Shown here piece after piece: positions 32,010 to 43,024 of a stretch of DNA of 64,000 bases. The stretch's first letter is position 1, and the number at the start of each line of letters is the position of its first letter. The stretch lies in contig JASLXG010000066.1 in assembly GCA_030740435.1 (NCBI GenBank), positions 24,603 to 88,602 of the forward strand, given 5' to 3'. Source of the DNA: Alphaproteobacteria bacterium (GTDB lineage Bacteria; Pseudomonadota; Alphaproteobacteria; UBA2966). The notes under the pieces were generated by a model. The model was not told where the DNA came from, searched no databases, and saw only the letters and a program-made list of their open reading frames with translations. A program made the position numbers and the translations under genes.

Positions 32010-33152
32010 GTGAAGTTCGATACCAAAGTCGTGCGCGCCGGAATCACCCCCGACCCCACCACCGGCTCGATCGTGCCGCCGATCTACGAGACCGCCACCT
32101 ACGTTCTGCCCGAAGTCGGCCGCGACAAGGGTTTCGACTACACGCGCTCCTCCAACCCCACGCGCCAGGTGCTGGAAGCCAACCTGGCGGCCATCGAGGG
32201 CGGTGCCCATGGCATCTGCTTTTCCTCGGGCATGTCGGCCGTCGACACCTGCCTCAAGCTCTTGAGCGCCGGCGACCACGTGGTTTGCTCCGACGACGTC
32301 TACGGCGGCGTCTCGCGCCACTTCAACAAGGTGCTGGCGCGCTACGGCCTGACCTTTACTTACGTCGATTCATCGAGCCCCGACCTGGTGCGACAGGCCG
32401 TGCGGCCCGAGACCAAGATGCTCTGGGTCGAAACGCCGACCAATCCGCTGCTCAAGGTCACCGACCTGGACGCCATGTCGGCCATCGCCAAGGAACATGA
32501 CCTCTACTTCGGCGTCGATTCGACCTTCGCCACGCCGGTTTTCCTCAGGCCGCTGGAGTTCGGCGCCGACATCGTCATGCACTCGACCACCAAGTACCTG
32601 GCCGGCCACAACCAGATCATCGGCGGCACCCTGATCACCAACCGCGACGACCTGCGCGACGAGTTCAAGTTCATCCAAAAAACCATCGGCGCCGTGCCCA
32701 GCCCCTTCGACTGCTGGCTGACGCTGGCCGGCATCAAGACGTTGCATTTGCGCATGGAGCGCCACGCCGCGAACGCCCAGAAGGTGGCCGAATACCTGGA
32801 AGCCCACGCCAAGGTGGCCTCCGTCAGCTACCCCGGCCTCCCCTCCCACCCCCAGCACGCCGTGGCCAAGGCCCAGATGTCGGGCTTTTCCGGCATGATC
32901 TCGTTCGAGCTCAAGGGTGGTATTCCGGCCGGCACGACGCTGATGAACACGGTCGAGCTTTGCGCCCTGGCCGAAAGCCTGGGCGCCGTCGAGACCATGA
33001 TCACGCATCCGGCGACCATGACCCACGCCGAGGTGCCGGCCGAGGACCGTCACGCGCGTGGGCTAAGCGACGGCCTGGTGCGCTTGAGCGTCGGCATCGA
33101 AGACGCCGACGACATCATCGCCGATCTCGATCAGGCCCTGGCGGTGGCTTAA
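32010..33152 (+). CDS. PLP-dependent Cys/Met-metabolism enzyme (O-succinylhomoserine sulfhydrylase / cystathionine gamma-synthase family)
   Basis: SSGMSA, DNTFATP-like (DSTFATP) and STTKYLAGH PLP-lysine motifs. GTG start at 32010. Confidence 0.75.
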   Translation: MKFDTKVVRAGITPDPTTGSIVPPIYETATYVLPEVGRDKGFDYTRSSNPTRQVLEANLAAIEGGAHGICFSSGMSAVDTCLKLLSAGDHVVCSDDVYGGVSRHFNKVLARYGLTFTYVDSSSPDLVRQAVRPETKMLWVETPTNPLLKVTDLDAMSAIAKEHDLYFGVDSTFATPVFLRPLEFGADIVMHSTTKYLAGHNQIIGGTLITNRDDLRDEFKFIQKTIGAVPSPFDCWLTLAGIKTLHLRMERHAANAQKVAEYLEAHAKVASVSYPGLPSHPQHAVAKAQMSGFSGMISFELKGGIPAGTTLMNTVELCALAESLGAVETMITHPATMTHAEVPAEDRHARGLSDGLVRLSVGIEDADDIIADLDQALAVA

Positions 33153-33171
33153 GCCGCGGGGGCGGCGCCCC

Positions 33172-33699
33172 TTATTCGCCCTCGAATTCGCACAGCGTCA
33201 TCACCTTGACGTCGAGCGCTTCGAGCCGTTGGCGGCCGCCGATGTCGGGCAGGTCGACGACGAAGCAACACCCCACCACCTCGCCGCCGGCCTGGCGGAT
33301 CAGCTTGACGGCGGCCTCGGCGGTGCCGCCGGTGGCGATCAGGTCGTCGACCAGCAGCACCTGATCGCCGCGGCGCACCGCGTCCTGGTGCATCTCGACC
33401 TCGTCGGTGCCGTACTCCAGCTCGTACTCCTCGGAGAAGGTCTTGTGCGGCAGCTTGCCTTTCTTGCGCACCGGCACGAAGCCGACGCTCAATTGATGGG
33501 CCACGGCGCCGCCCAGGATGAAGCCCCGGGCCTCGATGCCGGCGACCACGTCGATGCGCTGGCCGGCATAGGGCTGGACCAGCTCGTCGACCACCTTGCG
33601 GAAGCCGAAGGGGTCCTGGAGCAGCGTCGTGATGTCGCGGAACATGATCCCGTCCTGGGGGTAGTTCGGGATGGTGCGGATACGGGATTTGATCGGCAT
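33172..33699 (-). CDS. apt: Adenine phosphoribosyltransferase
   Basis: [21 protein letters not shown]-binding motif. 175 aa. RBS ggagg. Confidence 0.85.
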   Translation of the reverse strand: MPIKSRIRTIPNYPQDGIMFRDITTLLQDPFGFRKVVDELVQPYAGQRIDVVAGIEARGFILGGAVAHQLSVGFVPVRKKGKLPHKTFSEEYELEYGTDEVEMHQDAVRRGDQVLLVDDLIATGGTAEAAVKLIRQAGGEVVGCCFVVDLPDIGGRQRLEALDVKVMTLCEFEGE

Positions 33700-33719
33700 G
33701 GTCGCCTCCGGGCCGGCCT

Positions 33720-34607
<888 letters not shown>

Positions 34608-34681
34608 TCTGCCGCCCTATTGATTGCCGATTGCCAAACCCGGGCGGCAGATTAGCGGGGAAAACCCAGCCCGACTATGCC

Positions 34682-35455
34682 CTAATGCACGTCGGCCCAG
34701 ACCCGGCGCTTGGTCAGGTAGAAGAGCCCGGTCAGGATGATGAGAAAGATCATCACCTTGAAGCCCAGCCGCTTGCGCGCCTCGAGGGTGGGCTCGGCCG
34801 CCCACATCAGGAAGTGGACCACGTCGTGGGACTGCTGCGCCACGGTCGCCTTGGTGCCGTCGGCGTATTCCACGCCCTCGTCGAAGATGGGCTCGGGCAT
34901 GGCGATCTGGTGCCCCGGGAAATAGGGGTTGTAGGCCATGCCCTCGGCCAATTCCACGCCCTCCGGGGCTTCGCGGTAGCCCGAGAGCAGCGAATAGATG
35001 TAGTCGTGAAAGCCCGGTCGGGCCTTGACGATGAGCGAAAGGTCCGGCGGCAGGGCGCCGTTGTTGGCCGACCGGGCGGCGTTGGCGTTGGGGTAGGGAT
35101 CGAGGAAATAGTCCGAAAGCCGGGCCGGCCGGTCGAACATCTCGCCCTCGTCGTTGGGCCCGTCCTGGACCTCGAACTCGGCGGCAAAGGCCTTGGCCTG
35201 GTCCTGGCTCAGCCCGATCTCGGTGAGATTCCGAAAGGCGATGTATTCCAGGCCGTGGCAGCCGGCGCAGACCTCCTGGTAGACCTGCAGCCCGCGCTGC
35301 AGCGCCGCCCGGTCGAAAGTGCCGAAGAAGCCTTCGAAGGTCCAGCCCGGCGATTTGGGTTTTTCGACCACGCCCGAGGCCTGGGCCGGGGCGGCGGAAA
35401 GCGCCAGGGCGGCCAGAGCCGCCAGCAGCGTGGCCTTCATGCCGAGCGCCTTCAT
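34682..35455 (-). CDS. petC: Cytochrome c1 of the bc1 complex
   Basis: Signal peptide. CAGCHG haem motif. C-terminal TM anchor. It is the last gene of the petABC operon. Confidence 0.85.
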   Translation of the reverse strand: MKALGMKATLLAALAALALSAAPAQASGVVEKPKSPGWTFEGFFGTFDRAALQRGLQVYQEVCAGCHGLEYIAFRNLTEIGLSQDQAKAFAAEFEVQDGPNDEGEMFDRPARLSDYFLDPYPNANAARSANNGALPPDLSLIVKARPGFHDYIYSLLSGYREAPEGVELAEGMAYNPYFPGHQIAMPEPIFDEGVEYADGTKATVAQQSHDVVHFLMWAAEPTLEARKRLGFKVMIFLIILTGLFYLTKRRVWADVH

Positions 35456-36705
35456 GGCCCCGCCTCCGCTTTGGCGGCGTCCGGTTTTCGCGCCTTGTCG
35501 AGCACCGCCTGGGCGATCGAATCGGGCAACGGCTTGGGCGTTTCGAGCCAGCCCACCAGCGGCATGACGAGGAGGAAATGGGCGAAATAGTAGGCCGTGG
35601 CGATGCGTCCGATGAGCACGTAGTAGCCCTCGGCCGGGTTGGCGCCGATCCAGCCCAGCACGATGCAGTCGATCACCAGGATCCAGAAAAACTGCTTGTA
35701 GATGGGCCTGAAGGTGGACGAGCGCACGCGCGAGGTGTCGAGCCAGGGAATGACGAACAGCACCGCCACCGCGGCAAACATCAAGATCACGCCGCCCAGC
35801 TTGTCAGGCAAAGCGCGCAAAATGGCGTAGAAGGGCAGGAAATACCATTCCGGCACGATATGCGCCGGCGTGGCCATGGGATTGGCCGGAATGTAGTTGT
35901 CGGGATGGCCCATGTAGTTGGGCCGGTAGAAGACGAAATAGGCCAGCACCAGCAGGAAGACGCCCAGCCCCACCAGATCCTTGGTGGTGTAGTAGGGATG
36001 GAAGGGCAGGGTGTCCTGTGGGCCCTTGATCTCGATGCCGAGCGGATTGTTCGACTTGTGTACGTGCAGCGCCCAGATGTGCACGATGACCACGGCGGCG
36101 ATGACGAAGGGCAGCAGGTAATGCAGGCTGTAGAAGCGTTTGAGCGTCGAGTTGTCGACGGCGAAGGCGCCCCACAGCCAGATCACGATGTCCTCGCCGA
36201 CCAGCGGCACGGCGGAAAACAGGTTGGTGATGACGGTGGCGGCCCAGAAGCTCATCTGGCCCCAGGGCAGCACGTAGCCCATGAAGGCCGTAGTCATCAT
36301 CAGCAGCAGCAGGATGACGCCCAGCCCCCAAAGCAGCTCACGGGGATACTTGTAGGAGCCGTAATAGAGGCCGCGGAAGATGTGCACGTACATGCAGAAG
36401 AAAAACAGCGCACTGGCGTTGGCGTGGATGTAGCGGATCAGCCAGCCATAGTTGACGTTGCGCATGATGTGCTCGACGCTGCCGAAGGCGAGGTCGGAGT
36501 GCGGCACGTAGTGCATGGCCAGCACGACGCCGCTGACGATCTGGATGACCAGGGCGATGCCGGCCAATGATCCGAAATTCCACCAGTAGCTCATGTTCTT
36601 CGGCGAGGGATAGTTGGTGCCGACCGAATCGTTGATGAAGGTGAAGATCGGCAGCCGGTACTCGATCCAGTTGACGACCGCTTGTGTGATACCGCGGGAT
36701 GCCAT
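35452..36705 (-). CDS. petB: Cytochrome b of the bc1 complex
   Basis: Canonical cytochrome b sequence ([20 protein letters not shown]). Confidence 0.9.
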   Translation of the reverse strand: MASRGITQAVVNWIEYRLPIFTFINDSVGTNYPSPKNMSYWWNFGSLAGIALVIQIVSGVVLAMHYVPHSDLAFGSVEHIMRNVNYGWLIRYIHANASALFFFCMYVHIFRGLYYGSYKYPRELLWGLGVILLLLMMTTAFMGYVLPWGQMSFWAATVITNLFSAVPLVGEDIVIWLWGAFAVDNSTLKRFYSLHYLLPFVIAAVVIVHIWALHVHKSNNPLGIEIKGPQDTLPFHPYYTTKDLVGLGVFLLVLAYFVFYRPNYMGHPDNYIPANPMATPAHIVPEWYFLPFYAILRALPDKLGGVILMFAAVAVLFVIPWLDTSRVRSSTFRPIYKQFFWILVIDCIVLGWIGANPAEGYYVLIGRIATAYYFAHFLLVMPLVGWLETPKPLPDSIAQAVLDKARKPDAAKAEAGP

Positions 36706-36714
36706 GATCCGCCC

Positions 36715-37266
36715 CTAACCCAGCTTGACGGTGGTGTCGTCGAGGAACTCATATTTCGGCACCTCGAGGTTGGTCGGTGCCGGCCCCAGGCGGATGCGGC
36801 CCGAGGTGTCGTAGTGCGAGCCGTGGCAGGGACAGAACCAGCCCCCGAATTTGCCCTTGGGCTCGGTGTCCTTCTGGCCCAGCGGCACGCAGCCGAGATG
36901 GGTGCAGACGCCGACCATGACCAGCCACTGGGGTTTCTGCACGCGCTCGGCATCGCTTTCGGGATGCGGCAGCTCGGCGCCGTCGTCGGCCCGGGCCTGG
37001 GCGATTTCCTTCTCCGTGCGGTAGCGCACGAAAGCCGGCTTGCCGCGCCACTTGACGGTGATGGCCTGGCCCGGCTCGAGGGGCGAGAGATCGACCTCGA
37101 TCGAGGCCAGCGCCAAGACGTCGGCGGTGGGATTCATCTGGTCGATGAAGGGCCAGGTGGCCAGGGCGGTGCCGACGGCGGTGAAGGCGCCGGTCGCTAT
37201 ATAGAGGAAATCACGCCGGGTGGTGCCCTCGGCGGGATCGGAATCGGGTGTTGTGGTCGACATCAA
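36715..37266 (-). CDS. petA: Ubiquinol-cytochrome c reductase Rieske iron-sulfur subunit
   Basis: Tat-like N-terminus RRDFLY. Rieske boxes CTHLGC and CPCHGS. Confidence 0.9.
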   Translation of the reverse strand: MMSTTTPDSDPAEGTTRRDFLYIATGAFTAVGTALATWPFIDQMNPTADVLALASIEVDLSPLEPGQAITVKWRGKPAFVRYRTEKEIAQARADDGAELPHPESDAERVQKPQWLVMVGVCTHLGCVPLGQKDTEPKGKFGGWFCPCHGSHYDTSGRIRLGPAPTNLEVPKYEFLDDTTVKLG

Positions 37267-37806
37267 CTAACCATCCAATGGCGGGCCATTCAGCCCCGGG
37301 GCTGGAGTTGGGCGCCCTTTTTTCATGAATCCGGCGCCATGTCCAGAGTCCCAGGCCGTGGCGGGTGGCGGCCTTTGAAGCCTGTCCCCACTCGGCGATT
37401 GTTCTAAAGTGCAGGTCCTGCCCGAGGAGATGCCATGGCCACGGCAAAAGGCGACAAACAACGCCTCCAGGCTCGGACCCGGTTCTAGAGCATGTCGAGG
37501 ACGAATTCAGCGCTTGCCCCCTGCCGCCCGGCGCAAAATGGCCCTGAGGCCGCGCCGATATGTCCCTGTGGCGCCCCTCCCCGTCCCGGGCACGGCGGAA
37601 CATATTTCCGGGCGTCTGGGCAAGGCTTGGCCGAAGGGTCGGTTCTTGCCCTCGGCAGAATTTTCAAGACGTTGATTTTAAATGATTTTTTGCTGGCACG
37701 GGGCTTGCTAAATAGGTAGCGGGCAGTGGGCTTATTCGAGCCGCAAACGGTCCACGGCCCAGGGAAGACCCATCAGAGGTCATCGCACCAAGATAGGGAA
37801 AGACCC

Positions 37807-38250
37807 ATGACATCCACCCCAGCCAACGCCGAATGGGCGTATCAGGCGTCAGCGCGCAGGATCCCGACCGACTATGTCGCGACGGTCCAGCCGATGGCGT
37901 CAGCGGCTCCCGAACCTGAACCGGGCAACCGGTATCAGGGCATCGTCTCGCGCTACAATGTGGGCACGATGACCGGGACCGAAGCAGTGCGGTTCGCCAA
38001 CGACCTCATTGCGACGGGCGTGGAAGAAACCGATGCCCTTGCCGTCACGCTGCCCATCACCAGCCGCAACCTGTTGCTGTCGGTGGGTAAGGCCAGCACG
38101 GCTCCCAAGACCGAGAACTGGAACGACGTGGTGCGCCATCATCAGGCCCAGCACGAACTGGCGCAACGACGCGCCAGCAAGAATTACGCGTATCAGCTCG
38201 AGCGGCTGATCACGCTGGCTCAGGACCTGCAGGAGGCTGAAGCAGCCTGA
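37807..38250 (+). CDS. Hypothetical protein (147 aa)
   Basis: ORF with an ATG at 37807. No recognisable motif. It sits in the large intergenic region upstream of petA. Confidence 0.35.
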   Translation: MTSTPANAEWAYQASARRIPTDYVATVQPMASAAPEPEPGNRYQGIVSRYNVGTMTGTEAVRFANDLIATGVEETDALAVTLPITSRNLLLSVGKASTAPKTENWNDVVRHHQAQHELAQRRASKNYAYQLERLITLAQDLQEAEAA

Positions 38251-38289
38251 GCCACCTTGCCGCCTCCCCAGACGGATACCAAGGGCCGG

Positions 38290-39531
38290 CTAAACGCCGG
38301 CCTTTCCTTTTGCGGCTGCCAGCTGCACCAGCTTCTCCAGGCAGGCTTCCCGCCCGGCCTGAAAGTCACCGTCGAGCCACCAGTCCTCGGCGGCGGCCAA
38401 CAGGCAACCGACCTGGGGGCCAGGGCTGATGCCAAGCGCCAGCACATCGTCACCGTCGACGGGCAGAACCGGCACCGTCCAGTCGTTGGCCAGGGCCAGA
38501 TGCGCCGCCCAGCGCCCGTCTTCGGGACGTTCGGCCCAGCGCAGGTAGGCGGCATCGGCAAAACCCTCGGCCCCCAGACCATAGACGGCCCGGCGCGCAC
38601 CTGCCGGGTCGAGGTCGGTCTCCAGCGTGGCCTCGGCCAGGGCCCGGAGCCGCTCGCCCTGGGCCCGCGAGAGCTTGAGGCGGCGGGCCAGGCTTTGCGC
38701 TCCAGCGCCGTCGACGGCCAACAGCGCGCCCAGGCGGCGCAGCGGGTCGGGATCGTCGCCATCCAGCCCTACCAGCCCGGCCAGGCGCCGCAGCCTGCGC
38801 GCCTCGGGCACTATCTCGGCCAGGATGTCGCAGTCCGCCATGACATTCAGCGCCGGCCCCGGATCCCGGGCCGCCAGCAGCTTCAAAAGCTCGGCCGCCA
38901 CCCGTTCCGCCGACAGCCTCGACAAGCCAGCCCGGGCCTGACGGCAGGCGGCCAGGGCCGCGGCATCGATGGGCGGCCGGCCGAAATGGGCGTAGAAGCG
39001 GAAAAAGCGCAGGATGCGCAGATAATCCTCCTTGATGCGCTGTTCGGCCTGGCCGACAAAGCGCACCCGGCCGGCCTCGAGGTCGGCGCGGCCCTGGCAA
39101 GGGTCGTAGAGCGTGCCGTCGGCATCGAGGTATAGCGCGTTCATGGTGAAGTCGCGGCGCCCGGCGTCGGTCAGCCAGTCGCCCTCGAAGGCCACCTGGG
39201 CGTGGCGTCCGTCGCTTTCGACGTCGCGCCTGAGCGTCGTGATCTCGAAGTGGCGCCGGCCGCTGACGGCGGTGACGGTGCCGTGCTCGAGACCGCTGGG
39301 CAGGGCCTTGAGGCCGGCCGCCGTCAGCCGTTCCATGACGCGCTCGGGCGGCTCCGGGGTGGCCAGGTCGATATCGCCGTCAGCCGGCACCGGCCTTCCC
39401 AGCACGGTGTCGCGCACGGCGCCGCCGACGTAGCGCACCGGGGCGCCGCCGGCCGTCAGCGCCGCCATCACTGCCGTGCTCTCGGCCGCCAGCATCCAGG
39501 GCGCGGGCGCCAGGCGGTCGACCGGCTGCAT
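38290..39531 (-). CDS. cca: CCA-adding tRNA nucleotidyltransferase
   Basis: GGAVRD...DIDLAT and RRDFTMNAL head-domain motifs. The 190-aa upstream extension in the ORF track is rejected. Confidence 0.75.
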   Translation of the reverse strand: MQPVDRLAPAPWMLAAESTAVMAALTAGGAPVRYVGGAVRDTVLGRPVPADGDIDLATPEPPERVMERLTAAGLKALPSGLEHGTVTAVSGRRHFEITTLRRDVESDGRHAQVAFEGDWLTDAGRRDFTMNALYLDADGTLYDPCQGRADLEAGRVRFVGQAEQRIKEDYLRILRFFRFYAHFGRPPIDAAALAACRQARAGLSRLSAERVAAELLKLLAARDPGPALNVMADCDILAEIVPEARRLRRLAGLVGLDGDDPDPLRRLGALLAVDGAGAQSLARRLKLSRAQGERLRALAEATLETDLDPAGARRAVYGLGAEGFADAAYLRWAERPEDGRWAAHLALANDWTVPVLPVDGDDVLALGISPGPQVGCLLAAAEDWWLDGDFQAGREACLEKLVQLAAAKGKAGV

Positions 39532-39539
39532 GGGGCTCA

Positions 39540-39806
39540 CTACTTCCTGCTGCCCGGGACGATGCGGCCATCCTCGAGCCGGGCCGGCGTGTAGTCGCCC
39601 TCGATACTGTCGACGGTGGTGAAGCGGACGATGAAAAGCGAGGCGATCAACAACACCACGCCGACGATGGTCAGCCACATCCAGGGTGCTTCGCGCCAGC
39701 CCTGTTGCTGGCCGTGGCGGCGCAGCCGGCCCAGCCCTATCCACAGCCCGTAGGCCAGGAAGGGCAGCAGGAAGGGAATGGCGTACTTGAGGATTTTCCA
39801 GATCAT
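39540..39806 (-). CDS. Small two-TM membrane protein (88 aa)
   Basis: Two hydrophobic helices. It lies in an operon between the NUDIX and cca genes. Confidence 0.4.
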   Translation of the reverse strand: MIWKILKYAIPFLLPFLAYGLWIGLGRLRRHGQQQGWREAPWMWLTIVGVVLLIASLFIVRFTTVDSIEGDYTPARLEDGRIVPGSRK

Positions 39807-40456
39807 GGCGCCGCCACTTTGCCGTGGAGTTTGCCGTAGAGGTTGACCAGCATGCCCGCCGTGGCCCCCCAGATGAAGCGTTTTTGGTAGTTGATGACAT
39901 AAAACTGCCGGCGCTGGCCCTGCCAGATCTGGCTGCGGCGTTCGTGGTTGGCCGGGTCGAAGACGAAAGCCAGCGGCACCTCGAAAACCTCCGCCACTTC
40001 GAAATCGTCGAGCTCGAGGGTATAGCCGGAATCGACGAAGCCCACCACCGGCGTGATGCGAAAGCCGGTGCCGGTTTCGTAGGTGTCAAGGAACCCCAGA
40101 ATTTCCACCAGATCGGGCTGGATACCGATCTCCTCGTCGGTCTCGCGCAATGCCGCGGCCACGGCGTCGGCGTCGACGCTCTCGATGCTGCCGCCGGGGA
40201 AGCTGATTTGGCCGGCGTGGTCGTTGAGATGTTCGGTGCGCTGGGTCAGCAGGACCGAGGTGCCGTCCCGGCGCTCGACCAGCGGCACCAGCACGGCGGC
40301 CGGCTTCATGGCGCGGCCGTCGAGGCTTGAGCGATAATCGGGATTGAGATCGAAATCGCCGCGCAGATCGCCGCTGCCGCTGCCGCTGTCCGCGTCGTCG
40401 AGGGGATGGAGGCTGCTCTCCAGGCGCACACGTAGATCCCGCATAGGGCTAGTCAT
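39803..40456 (-). CDS. NUDIX hydrolase (CoA pyrophosphatase-like)
   Basis: Nudix box GGSIESVDADAVAAALRETDEEIG. Confidence 0.65.
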   Translation of the reverse strand: MTSPMRDLRVRLESSLHPLDDADSGSGSGDLRGDFDLNPDYRSSLDGRAMKPAAVLVPLVERRDGTSVLLTQRTEHLNDHAGQISFPGGSIESVDADAVAAALRETDEEIGIQPDLVEILGFLDTYETGTGFRITPVVGFVDSGYTLELDDFEVAEVFEVPLAFVFDPANHERRSQIWQGQRRQFYVINYQKRFIWGATAGMLVNLYGKLHGKVAAP

Positions 40457-41040
40457 CGAGCCGGCCCAGGTCGAACCAGGTGCCGGCGCTCCGCACCGCC
40501 AGCACCGGTCCCTGGGCGCCCGGGCGCTCGATGCCATGGTCGACCAGTTGGTAATAGACCGCCCGCCCGATCAGGGCCTCGAGGCCGTCGCGCACCAGCA
40601 CGTAGGGTGCCGGCCCGCCGCTCACGGCTTCGTGATCGACGCGGATGGGATGGCGGGCATCGGCCGTGACCTCGTCGTCCAGGTTGGTGCGGAAGGTCAG
40701 GCGCTGGCCCTGGCCCTGGCCCGTGACATTGAGTTCCACCGCCACGAAGGGCGCGTCGTCGACCTGGATGCGGCCCTTCTCATAGGGCGTCTCTAGGTAG
40801 TAGTGACCGTCGTTTTCACGCTTCAGCACGCTGGCGAACAGCTTGACCAGTGGTTTGCGGCGGATCGGCGAAGCGTGATAAAACCAAGTTCCATCGCGGC
40901 CGATGCGAATGTCGATGTCAGCCCACATTGGCTCCCCGGGGGGAGCGGCAGTAGGCCGACGTCCACCGCTTGCTGCGGGGCCCATTTGATCCCCGTGCAA
41001 AAAAGCCGCCCAGGCGGCGGCATCGCTGGGTGTTTTCGAC

Positions 41041-41042
<2 letters not shown>
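40449..41042 (-). CDS. DUF1285-like conserved protein
   Basis: This is the conserved alphaproteobacterial neighbour of the CoA pyrophosphatase and cca genes. Its start codon shares a CATG with the divergent moxR start. Confidence 0.4.
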
Positions 41043-42132
<1,090 letters not shown>

Positions 42133-42136
42133 GCGG

Positions 42137-43018
42137 GTGGGGGGCAGCGCCATGCCAACGGGCATGCGCCAGCAAGCCGAGCAGCTTGCCGCCACCTTGC
42201 CGCCGCTGCTGGTGGCGGCCGAACGCGTTGCCGCCACCGTGGCCCAGGGCGTCCATGGGCGCCGCCGCGTCGGCCAGGGCGAAAGCTTTTGGCAGTTCCG
42301 CCAGTACCAGCCCGGCGACGAGGTGCGGGCCATCGATTGGCGCGCCACGGCCAAGTCGGAACGCGTCTTCGTGCGCGAACACGAATGGGAGGCGGCCCAG
42401 AGCGTCTGGCTGTGGCCCGACGCCTCGCCCTCGATGCACTATGCCTCGGCCGGCGCCCCCGTCGCCAAGGTCGAGCGGGCGACGCTGCTCACGCTGGCGC
42501 TGGCGGCGCTGCTGCTGCGGAGCGGCGAGTTCGTCGGACTGTTGGGCGTCGACCGGGTGCCGACCTCGGGCCGGGCGGCGCTGGCCCGCCTGGCCGCCAG
42601 CCTGCACGCCCGGGCCGGCGCAGGCCCCAGCCTGCCGCCCGCCGAGCCCCTGCCGCGCTATGCCCGGGTGGTGCTGATCGGTGATTTCCTGTCACCGGTC
42701 GCGGACATCGAAGAGTGCGTGCGCCACTTTGCCGCCAACGCCGTCGACGGCCACCTGCTGCAGCTGCTGGACCCGGCCGAGGAGGATCTGCCGTTCACCG
42801 GCCGCACCCGCTTCGAGGGACTGGAGGGCGAGCCGAGCTACCTGGTCAGCCGGGCCGAGACGCTGCGCCAGGCCTACGGTGCCCGCCTGGCGGCGCACCA
42901 CGAGGACCTGCTGACGCTGAGCCGGGGCGTCGGCTGGACGCTGGCCCGCCACCGCACCGATCGGGCGCCGGAAACGGCGCTGCTGGCGCTCTACCAGGCG
43001 CTGGCCGGCAAGGAATAG
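42137..43018 (+). CDS. DUF58-domain protein (MoxR partner)
   Basis: The GESFWQFRQYQPGDEVRAIDWRATAKSERVFVRE block is typical of DUF58. Confidence 0.7.
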   Translation: MGGSAMPTGMRQQAEQLAATLPPLLVAAERVAATVAQGVHGRRRVGQGESFWQFRQYQPGDEVRAIDWRATAKSERVFVREHEWEAAQSVWLWPDASPSMHYASAGAPVAKVERATLLTLALAALLLRSGEFVGLLGVDRVPTSGRAALARLAASLHARAGAGPSLPPAEPLPRYARVVLIGDFLSPVADIEECVRHFAANAVDGHLLQLLDPAEEDLPFTGRTRFEGLEGEPSYLVSRAETLRQAYGARLAAHHEDLLTLSRGVGWTLARHRTDRAPETALLALYQALAGKE

Positions 43019-43024
43019 GTAGCC

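Noticed and set aside
37267-37806. 540-bp non-coding region upstream of petA, screened for tRNA, sRNA or mobile-element ends
   Set aside because: No cloverleaf, inverted terminal repeats or direct repeats were found. It is most likely the divergent promoter region of petABC and the hypothetical gene.
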